This document shows, one piece after another, positions 1-7,670 of a DNA stretch of 29,895 nt. The stretch spans positions 1 through 29,895 of the forward strand of contig WRJV01000342.1 of assembly GCA_009778415.1 (NCBI GenBank), read 5' to 3'. The stretch is from Clostridiales bacterium (GTDB lineage: Bacteria; Bacillota; Clostridia; Peptostreptococcales; Anaerovoracaceae). Each line of letters opens with the position of its first letter. Positions within the stretch are counted from its first letter, which is position 1. The notes under the pieces are model-generated. The model had not been told where the DNA came from and ran no database searches. It saw only the letters and a program-made list of their open reading frames with translations. Both the position numbers and the translations under genes were made by a program.

Positions 1-52
1 GGAAATGAAAACCCTTTTCCCTATTATATAAATCACGAGCCAACTCCCAACA

Positions 53-3000
53 CTAATACCCAAAATACCTCACACCAGATTCGAATACCTTCTGATCGTA
101 GTTTCCAGGCAGGTTCTTGTACAGGTTCGTCCCTATCCTCTCGGAATGAGCCATTTTTCCCAGTATCCTACCGTCCGGAGATGTCACAGCCTCAATTGCG
201 CAGACTGAGCCGTTTGGGTTGAAGAGTGTGTCCATGGACGCGTTCCCGTCAAAGTCGCAGTACTGTGCGGCTATTTGCCCGTTTTTGATCAGTTCGGCAA
301 CCAGCTGTTCGCTGCAGGCGAACCGTCCTTCGCTTTGCGATGCAGGGACTGTGTGGACATCCCCTGCATTGACGCCGGCAAACCAAGGCGATAAGACGGA
401 GGACACCCTTGTCATGACCATGCACGTCAAGCCTCTGCCCGATTTGTTGCGCGCCAGCACCGGGTTTCTCTCGTTTGGCTCGACAATCCTGCCGTATGGC
501 ACGAGCCCTAGCCTGACAAGCGCTTGGAACCCGTTGCATATCCCGAGCATGAGCCCGCCCCTGTTTTCCATCAGGTCTGCTATGGCTTCCTTTATTCTTT
601 CATCTCTGAACACCGCAGCGATGAATTTTCCCGAGCCATCGGGCTCGTCGCCGGCACTGGAGCCTCCGGGGATCATAACTATCTGGCTCTTCCTGATTTT
701 ATCAGCCAGCTCGGCGATTGAATCTGACAGCATGGTTGGGTTCAGGTTGCGCAGTATGTGGAGGCGGACGTCTGCTCCGGCTTTTTCAAATGCTGTCATA
801 GCGTCGTATTCGCCGCTCGTCCCCTGGAAAACGGTGATTAGCGCCTGCGGCTTTGCGATCTTGACTTTGGGTGAAGCCTTGCTTTTATCGGTATAGGCTA
901 TGTTTTCCACAGGAGTGCTGTCCTTTTTGTGCTTGAACTCAGGCATCCTCGTCGGGAAAACATCTTCAAAAGGCGCCGTCCATTGCTTGATGGCATCTTC
1001 GAGTCTGGCTGGCAACGCCCCTTCAATCGAAATCTTCCCGTCTTCTGTGGTTGCTCCGAGTTCTTCGTATTTTATCCCGGCAAACATGCTCTCCAGGTTT
1101 TCGTCTTCTGATATTTCAAGGACCAGTGCTGTGCAGTCAGGCTTGTACAGCATTTCGTCCTCCATGCGGCAGGTTTTGAAACCGATCCCGTTGCCGGCGG
1201 CCATTTTTACAAGGGCGATAAAGATTCCGCCCATCCCCACAGCGTTTGTTGACAATATCCGTTTTTGGGTGGTTAGGAGCGATATCTTCTTCATGTTTTC
1301 CTTGTACTGCCTGAAATACGGCACACCGTCTGCGTCGTAAGCTGATCGGACAAGGACAATTTTGCTGCCTGGTTTTTTGAATTCCGTCGATATTATGTTG
1401 TTTGCATCTGTGACGCTTACCGCAAACGACACCAGTGTCGGCGGTACGCTCAAATCCATGAACGTGCCAGACATGCTGTCTTTGCCGCCAATCGAAGGCG
1501 CCTCAAGCTCCAGCTGCGCTTTGAGCGCCCCCAAAAGCGCAGCAAAAGGCTTGCCCCAGCTCTCTGGGTTTTTCAGTTTTTCAAAGTATTCCTGGAAGGT
1601 GAGCCTTATGCTTGACATGTCGCCGCCCATGGCTATAATTTTTGTAATGGACTCGATTACCGCGTACATCCCGCCGTGGAACGGGCTTGCTTTTGATATT
1701 TTGTGGTTGTAGCCGTACGCCATTAGTGTCGCAGTATTTGTTTCGCCGCCCAAAACCGGTATTTTCGCTGCCATTCCCAGCGCCGGCGACAGCTGGTGTT
1801 TGCCACCAAGCGGCACGAGGACAGCCGCAGCCCCGGCAGAGCTGTCGAACATTTCTACAAGGCCTTTCTGGCTGCAGCAGTTCAGGTCGGCAAGCAATTC
1901 CTGCGGCCCTGCTTTCGGCGGTGCGACTGCTGAGTCAAGGCTGGCTGGCGGGGCCACGGACACTTTCGCTTCTTGGGTCACGCCGCTTGTATTGAGGAAC
2001 GCCCTGCTGATGTCGAATATCGGTTTGCCCCTCCAAAATATCCGGAACCGCCCCGTGTCTGTCACTTTAGCTATCACCGTCGCTTCTAGGTTTTCTTCCT
2101 CTGCATATGCGATGAAAGCGTCCTTGTCGCTATCTGACACGACAACCGCCATCCTCTCCTGGGATTCCGATATTGCCAGCTCTGTCCCATCGAGGCCATC
2201 GTATTTTGCCGGTACGAGGTCAAGGTTCGCGTCGATGCTGTCGGCCAGCTCGCCAACTGCTACTGAAACACCGCCAGCTCCGAAGTCGTTGCATTTTTTT
2301 ATCAGCGTCGCGGCTTCCTTCCTCCTGAAAAGCCTTACGATGTTTCTTTCTATCAGTGGGTTGCCCTTCTGGACTTCAGCCCCGAAATCCGCTGCGGAGT
2401 CTTCCGTGTGGCTTTTGGACGAACTGGTAGCGCCGCCGCAGCCGTCCCTGCCTGTCCTGCCGCCGACCAGGATGATGGCGTCTCCGGGCACCGGCTTCCC
2501 TCTTTTCACATTGCCCGCCGGGGCGGCGGCCATCACTGCGCCAAGCTCCATCCTCTTCGCCACGTACCCTTCATCGTAGATTTCCGTTACTTGCCCCGTC
2601 GCCGCGCCAATCTGGTTCCCATACGAGCTGTACCCTGCCGCTGCGTCCCTGGTGATCTTCCTCTGCGGGAGCTTTCCCGGCAAGGTGTCCGCCACAGGCG
2701 TCCTCGGGTCGCCGCACCCGGTGACGCGCATCGCTTGGTATACGTATGCCCTTCCCGAAAGCGGATCCCTTATCGCGCCGCCAAGGCACGTGGAAGCGCC
2801 GCCGAAGGGCTCTATTTCCGTGGGGTGGTTGTGGGTCTCATTTTTGAACATGAGTAGCCAGTCTTCGTTTTCACCATCGACATCAACATCTATTTTTATG
2901 CTGCACGCGTTCACTTCGTCCGACTCGTCAAGGTCCTTTAGCAGCCCTTTTTTCTTGATGTGTTTTGCGCCTATGCAGGCTATGTCCATCAGGCATATGT

Positions 3001-3799
3001 CCCTTTCCTCGCCGCCGTAGACTTCGCCACGCACTTTCAAATACTCTTCAAAAGCTTCACTGGCCAGCTCTGCCCCAGCTTCAAACTCTATGTCTGTGAG
3101 CCGCGTCAGGAAAGTGGAATGCCTGCAGTGGTCCGACCAATAGGTGTCTATAGCCCGAAGCTCTGTTATTGTCGGGTCGCGTTTTTCCTCGCTTGCGAAG
3201 TAGCCTTGCACAAAGGCTATGTCGTCGTCGCTCATTGCAAACCCCGACGCTTCTTTGAATTCCAAGAGTTCGTCTCTTGTGAATGATGCGAACCCGTCAA
3301 TGGTCTTGATATCGCCCGGCTGGGGGATGTCAATTGCCAGCGTGCCTGGTTTTTCATGCCCAACCTCCCGAGAGTCCACCGGGTTTATGCAGTATTTTTT
3401 CACAGCCAGCACTTCTTCACCTGTCAAATCGCCCTCAAGCGCAACGACTTTCGCGCAGCTTGCCAAGATGTCTGCGGCTGGTTCGAGCAATTGCAGTATT
3501 TGGCAGGTTGAATCCGCCCTCTGATCGAACTGCCCCGGCAAATACGAAACCGCAAAAGCGGAATGCGGCAAATCGCCCGGCAAAATTTCGTCGCGCGCTA
3601 TGTCTGTCGCCGGTTCAGCGAAAACTTCGCATCTCGCCCTTTCGTAGGTTTTCTCGCTTATCCCTTCGATGTCGTACCTGTTTAGCACCCTAACCCCGGT
3701 GAGGCCCGGCAATTCGAGGCTCTCTTTCAGCTCCTCAAAAAGCCCCCTGGCTTCTATGTCAAAGCCTTTTTTCTTTTCAACATAAATCCGTCTGACCAT
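53..3799 (-). CDS. purL: Phosphoribosylformylglycinamidine synthase, large fused PurL/PurQ type
   Basis: 1248 aa. DTYWSDHCRH, NETHNHPTEIEPFGGA, DFGAGGVSVA and SESQERM synthetase motifs. C-terminal glutaminase domain with GICNGFQ nucleophile and GKMAHSER. Confidence 0.95.
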   Translation of the reverse strand: MVRRIYVEKKKGFDIEARGLFEELKESLELPGLTGVRVLNRYDIEGISEKTYERARCEVFAEPATDIARDEILPGDLPHSAFAVSYLPGQFDQRADSTCQILQLLEPAADILASCAKVVALEGDLTGEEVLAVKKYCINPVDSREVGHEKPGTLAIDIPQPGDIKTIDGFASFTRDELLEFKEASGFAMSDDDIAFVQGYFASEEKRDPTITELRAIDTYWSDHCRHSTFLTRLTDIEFEAGAELASEAFEEYLKVRGEVYGGEERDICLMDIACIGAKHIKKKGLLKDLDESDEVNACSIKIDVDVDGENEDWLLMFKNETHNHPTEIEPFGGASTCLGGAIRDPLSGRAYVYQAMRVTGCGDPRTPVADTLPGKLPQRKITRDAAAGYSSYGNQIGAATGQVTEIYDEGYVAKRMELGAVMAAAPAGNVKRGKPVPGDAIILVGGRTGRDGCGGATSSSKSHTEDSAADFGAEVQKGNPLIERNIVRLFRRKEAATLIKKCNDFGAGGVSVAVGELADSIDANLDLVPAKYDGLDGTELAISESQERMAVVVSDSDKDAFIAYAEEENLEATVIAKVTDTGRFRIFWRGKPIFDISRAFLNTSGVTQEAKVSVAPPASLDSAVAPPKAGPQELLADLNCCSQKGLVEMFDSSAGAAAVLVPLGGKHQLSPALGMAAKIPVLGGETNTATLMAYGYNHKISKASPFHGGMYAVIESITKIIAMGGDMSSIRLTFQEYFEKLKNPESWGKPFAALLGALKAQLELEAPSIGGKDSMSGTFMDLSVPPTLVSFAVSVTDANNIISTEFKKPGSKIVLVRSAYDADGVPYFRQYKENMKKISLLTTQKRILSTNAVGMGGIFIALVKMAAGNGIGFKTCRMEDEMLYKPDCTALVLEISEDENLESMFAGIKYEELGATTEDGKISIEGALPARLEDAIKQWTAPFEDVFPTRMPEFKHKKDSTPVENIAYTDKSKASPKVKIAKPQALITVFQGTSGEYDAMTAFEKAGADVRLHILRNLNPTMLSDSIAELADKIRKSQIVMIPGGSSAGDEPDGSGKFIAAVFRDERIKEAIADLMENRGGLMLGICNGFQALVRLGLVPYGRIVEPNERNPVLARNKSGRGLTCMVMTRVSSVLSPWFAGVNAGDVHTVPASQSEGRFACSEQLVAELIKNGQIAAQYCDFDGNASMDTLFNPNGSVCAIEAVTSPDGRILGKMAHSERIGTNLYKNLPGNYDQKVFESGVRYFGY

Positions 3800-3879
3800 A
3801 TTTGTTTCCTTTCGTTTTTACTGTAACTCCGCCAAGTATGTTTACAGGTACTGTGTCTGTATCGTCGTAAACAATGATT

Positions 3880-3908
3880 ATGATATCATCAATTCCTCAA
3901 AAAGTCCA
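3880..3908 (-). promoter_or_regulatory. Putative sigma-A promoter of purL
   Basis: Minus strand TGGACT-17 bp-TATCAT with extended -10 TG, about 80 bp upstream of the ATG. Imperfect match. Confidence 0.4.
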
Positions 3909-3948
3909 TTGCTCTGCACACGGCAATGAAAAATTGCAGCAAAAAACC

Positions 3949-3978
3949 TTGTACATTCGCGCCTGGTTTTGGTATATT
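3949..3978 (+). promoter_or_regulatory. Putative sigma-A promoter of the EamA gene
   Basis: TTGTAC-18 bp-TATATT with TGn extension. RBS AAGGAGGT at 3993-4000. Confidence 0.5.
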
Positions 3979-4010
3979 GTATTTATATGCAAAAGGAGGT
4001 TTGTCTGCAA

Positions 4011-4901
4011 ATGAGTAAAACTGCTCAGCTGCTCATCATATTCGCTGCAATGTGCTGGGGGCTGATTGGAACATGTACGCGGCCGCTGGGTGCCGCCGGT
4101 TTCTCTTATGCCGAGGTCGCTGCGGCAAGGTGCCTGATAGCTTCGGTGGGGATATTTGCATTTCTGCTGCTAGCAGACAGGGGGAAAGCAAAAATCCACC
4201 TGCGGGACGTCCCGGTTTTCGCCTGCATGGGAGGCGTGGGAATCGCCCTAGGGTTTCTGTGCTATTTTTATACACTTGGTACGATAACGATGTCTGCCGC
4301 TGCTATCCTCTTAAATACGGCGCCCTATTATGTAATGCTGATGTCAGCTCTGTTTTTTAAAGAAAAGATTACCATGCGAAAATTCGGTGCGCTTATCACT
4401 GCTTTTGCCGGCTGCGTTATGACGGTTGGCTTTTTTGACAAAGGCGACATCTCTTTCATCGGCGTCGGCATGGGGCTTCTCTCGGCGTTATGCTATTCGC
4501 TTTACACTATTTTTGGAAAGGCGACGGTGCAAAAATACAGCCCGCTCACAGTCACTGCGTACACTTACGGCATGGCCAGCGTTTGCTTGCTCCCTTTGTG
4601 CAATTTCGGCCATGTGATAGGCATGTTTGGCGAAAATGCTTCAAACATTGCCCTTTGCCTTGTTCTCGGGCTGCTTATGACGCTGCTCCCATCTGTCTGC
4701 TACATGAAAGGCCTTGGGAAATTGGAACCCAGCAGGGTTTCAACGCTGGCCTTCTTCGAGCCGCTGACTGCCTCGGTGGCGGGGTTTTTAGTGTACAGCG
4801 AGGAACTGTCGCTGATAAAAATAACCGGCATAGCGCTTATTTTTCTTTCGGTCCTGATACTCAACCTGAAACCCGGCACACGCGAAAAGCTGCCCGGTTG
4901 A
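4011..4901 (+). CDS. EamA/DMT family transporter
   Basis: About 10 hydrophobic segments in two repeats, with AAILLNTAP and LAFFEPLTASVAG DMT motifs. Start moved from the ORF-track TTG at 3969 to the ATG at 4011 behind the strong RBS. Confidence 0.9.
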   Translation: MSKTAQLLIIFAAMCWGLIGTCTRPLGAAGFSYAEVAAARCLIASVGIFAFLLLADRGKAKIHLRDVPVFACMGGVGIALGFLCYFYTLGTITMSAAAILLNTAPYYVMLMSALFFKEKITMRKFGALITAFAGCVMTVGFFDKGDISFIGVGMGLLSALCYSLYTIFGKATVQKYSPLTVTAYTYGMASVCLLPLCNFGHVIGMFGENASNIALCLVLGLLMTLLPSVCYMKGLGKLEPSRVSTLAFFEPLTASVAGFLVYSEELSLIKITGIALIFLSVLILNLKPGTREKLPG

Positions 4902-4917
4902 CGGCAGCTTTTCGCGT
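4880..4917 (+). terminator. Hairpin overlapping the EamA stop, probable terminator
   Basis: Perfect 15-bp inverted repeat ACGCGAAAAGCTGCC (4880-4894) / GGCAGCTTTTCGCGT (4903-4917). The 8-nt loop contains the TGA stop. Confidence 0.55.
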
Positions 4918-4921
4918 TGCG

Positions 4922-4971
4922 GACAGAGGGGCGGTTCTTGTAGCGTGACACAAGAACTGTCCCCTTTTGTC
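4922..4971. repeat. REP-like palindrome, copy 1
   Basis: GACAGAGGGGCGGTTCTTGT...ACAAGAACTGTCCCCTTTTGTC imperfect inverted repeat next to the stop of the 868-aa gene. Homologous to 7610-7668. Confidence 0.7.
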
Positions 4972-4973
4972 AC

Positions 4974-7580
4974 TTACTTGGTGTAGTGGATGAACAAGTC
5001 GAGCAGGTCGAGCATGTCGATGATGCCATCGTCGTTCACGTCGCACATGCTTGCGGTGACGCCGTTGCCCCATGCGTCGTTTACTTTGACCTGGGTCGCC
5101 CATTCAGGCAGGTCGCTGATGAAGCCGCAGTACAGCAGCATGATGCCGAGGTCCAATGCGTCAACTACGCCGTCCCTGTTCAGGTCGTACTTCGACTTTG
5201 CTATTATCGTGGTGGCTGTGCCGTTTACTATTATGGATCCAACGTATTTTGTCGTGTCGTCCAGCAAGCCTACGACCCTAGCGGATGTCAGAGTCATGGC
5301 AGCGTTGCCAAACCCTTTGGGCGTGAATATGAATTTCGCGATGTCCACAGGTGCCTGGGACGTCAAACCCTTCGTGGTTCCGGAAGGCAGCGCCAGTGTC
5401 ACTGTGCCCTTCCAGTTGTTGTCGCCGGCATGCACCCAGAGGATGTTGTTCATGTTGCCAAACCCGGAAAGCCCTATGAGGTTTTTGCCTGCCAGCATGT
5501 CGCCGTCTATTACGAACTCAAGCTCCACAGCCAGCACGTCCTTGGCGTTTTCAAGCGACACGGTGTATTCTACGTCGCCGCTTATGTAACTCACTGTGTC
5601 TGTGCCTGTGCTGACTATGACCTTGTCGTATATAACCGTCGTCTGCCCGATCAAGTTTGCGCCAAGTTCTGCGTTCCAGATATCGTGGTTCGCGAACTGT
5701 ATGCAGCGCTTGTTGGCGCTGGTTTCTTTCGGGTCGTTAAGCTTCAGGTAGATGTCGTACTCGCCGGTAGGCACCTCGCCGAATTCACTCATGTCGACTG
5801 AGAAGTTCAAATCGCGCCATGATTCGACGTTGTCTGCCCTGGTGTTGCCGTTCGCAGCGTTCAGCCAGTCTCTCGCGTCAAGGTCCGTAAGCGCTGTGTA
5901 TGTGCCCGAGCCATCCTTGGCTGCCAGGACTACCGCCACGTTTTTCCTGTTCACTACGTTGCCAAAGCCTACGTTTTGTATCTTCCCTTCAAAGTTCAGT
6001 ACGCCGTTTTGCTCTGCCCATTCGCTTGCGCAAGCCTCGCGCAGAAGCAGCCTGTAGCCCAGCCTGTCGCGCATGTACTCCAGCCCGGTTTTGCCGTCGT
6101 AGACCGGGTCGAAGTATGCCGTCTTTGTCGGGCCCGTGTATGGCTGAGACGTCGAGCTTGACGCCGGGAACGTTACCGACTTTCCGATGTTCGCTTCGTT
6201 GTAGACAACATCGTTCCAGCGCTGGTAGGCGCCGTGCCTCATGTTCAAAACAGTTGTCCTGAAATCAAAGGCTTCGATGATGGCGCCAGGCAGTGTGCCG
6301 TAAACATTGTTGCCGATCCCGCCTTCGCCTTGATAAATCGTGTTCTGGTTTTTGATCACGGTCAAATTCCTGTAGCGGTTGAAGGTACCGGACGAGCCGC
6401 CGGTCTCTGAGAGCGAGCCGTTTTCATCCCAGTTGGCCGCATAACTGTCGTCGAAAAACCCTATGCGAGCCTCTGGCGTGCCTCTTGCAGGCGGCGGCAT
6501 GGTGTCTATGTTGGTAAAGGTGTAGTTTGTTCCGTATGTCAAATTGTACCACGCCATGAACCCGCCCACGTGGGTTAGGAGTATGCGCGAATCGGGGACT
6601 GCGTCAAGGTAAGCGTCAATAAGCTTCTTGTACTCTGCCCGGTTTCGGGCAACAGTCGAGGAGTGCTGTTCGCCCCATGGGCCGAACATGCCCGTTTTGA
6701 CGCACATTATTATGTCTTCGTACTCGTACAGAATTGGCTTGAGCTGCCAAATGTGATACTGTATCCAGTCTTGGTCCGTATGGCCGGGCACGTTGCACAT
6801 GATGTTTGGATTGTTGGGGGCTAAAAAGTTTGGCTCAGGCCCAAAGATGAGGTGCTCGCCGGTGCCTTCGACATAGTTGAAGCCATTCCCGTCATAGGAG
6901 AACTTCACGAAAGCTACGCCGTTGCCGTCCCTCACCGTTTGAAGCAGCCCGCGTATGTAGTCGAGCGCGTACTGTGTAAGTGGCTGGGTCACTCCGGTCC
7001 TGGCTTCTCCCGCTGGGCCCACGAACAATCCGTCGCCGCCGGACCTAGGGTCGTAAGCAAGCCCGGCTTCCCTGCTGAGGAACGCGTTTGATGAAAAGTT
7101 GCACAAGTCAAAAGTCATGAAAGAAACGCCTGGAAGTGCGGAAATCCCTGAACCTCCAACGTAGTTTGGAACCCTGCTCGTGCCATTGTAGAATTCTGTC
7201 GCTTCGATGTCGTCGCCTTCCACTGTGCCAATTATTCCAGGGCCCACCAGCGTGGCGCCATGGTACAGGACGTCGTTTTCGTCAACCGGGACCCTGTGGT
7301 CCACTTCCGGAGTGGCGCCAAAAGGCGTAGCGGTACGCTGCCACCTGCCCCTGTATGGCCCCCTGTCCGGATTGGGGATGTCAACGGGGTTTTCCGTGAA
7401 GTCCAAATCCTGCGGCACGAGCGGGGACACTTCCTGTCCATACCCTGGGCCATATAGGTCGATTTTGCCATAATCCATCGTTGCCCCAACCGCCACCGTC
7501 GAGGGCACAAGCACCATCGACAGGGCAAATGATAAGGCAATTACCGTTGCTAAGATTTTTTTGCTCTTTGTTGTCTTCAT
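4974..7580 (-). CDS. Secreted DUF4874/DUF4832-type putative glycoside hydrolase with C-terminal cohesin-like and dockerin-like modules (paralog 1)
   Basis: Signal peptide (KKILATVIALSFALSM...AVGA). NPDRG, GPWGEQH and RLGYRL motifs. Beta-sandwich module at about 5200-5625. Two Ca-loop repeats, DLNRDGVVDALD and DVNDDGIIDMLD, at 4977-5189. RBS GGAGG. Confidence 0.75.
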   Translation of the reverse strand: MKTTKSKKILATVIALSFALSMVLVPSTVAVGATMDYGKIDLYGPGYGQEVSPLVPQDLDFTENPVDIPNPDRGPYRGRWQRTATPFGATPEVDHRVPVDENDVLYHGATLVGPGIIGTVEGDDIEATEFYNGTSRVPNYVGGSGISALPGVSFMTFDLCNFSSNAFLSREAGLAYDPRSGGDGLFVGPAGEARTGVTQPLTQYALDYIRGLLQTVRDGNGVAFVKFSYDGNGFNYVEGTGEHLIFGPEPNFLAPNNPNIMCNVPGHTDQDWIQYHIWQLKPILYEYEDIIMCVKTGMFGPWGEQHSSTVARNRAEYKKLIDAYLDAVPDSRILLTHVGGFMAWYNLTYGTNYTFTNIDTMPPPARGTPEARIGFFDDSYAANWDENGSLSETGGSSGTFNRYRNLTVIKNQNTIYQGEGGIGNNVYGTLPGAIIEAFDFRTTVLNMRHGAYQRWNDVVYNEANIGKSVTFPASSSTSQPYTGPTKTAYFDPVYDGKTGLEYMRDRLGYRLLLREACASEWAEQNGVLNFEGKIQNVGFGNVVNRKNVAVVLAAKDGSGTYTALTDLDARDWLNAANGNTRADNVESWRDLNFSVDMSEFGEVPTGEYDIYLKLNDPKETSANKRCIQFANHDIWNAELGANLIGQTTVIYDKVIVSTGTDTVSYISGDVEYTVSLENAKDVLAVELEFVIDGDMLAGKNLIGLSGFGNMNNILWVHAGDNNWKGTVTLALPSGTTKGLTSQAPVDIAKFIFTPKGFGNAAMTLTSARVVGLLDDTTKYVGSIIVNGTATTIIAKSKYDLNRDGVVDALDLGIMLLYCGFISDLPEWATQVKVNDAWGNGVTASMCDVNDDGIIDMLDLLDLFIHYTK

Positions 7581-7609
7581 TTTTTTACCTCCATAATAAA
7601 TAGCTTTGG

Positions 7610-7668
7610 TGACAGAGGGACGGTTCTTGTGTCACTTCGCGTGTCATAGGAACCGTCCCCTTTTGTCA
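7610..7668. repeat. REP-like palindrome, copy 2
   Basis: Core GGGACGGTTC (7617-7626) / GAACCGTCCC (7650-7659) is a perfect inverted repeat, within a longer imperfect stem in the 90-bp gap between the paralogs. Confidence 0.7.
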
Positions 7669-7670
7669 AC

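Noticed and set aside
3874-3893. ATGAT-rich stretch resembling a Fur box in the purL promoter
   Set aside because: Only one half-site matches the 7-1-7 consensus, and it is explained by the -10 element.
4922-7668. Palindromes after each DUF4832-type gene as integron attC sites
   Set aside because: They do not show the RYYYAAC...GTTRRRY arrangement in gene orientation, there is no integrase, and the genes are paralogs with their own promoter.
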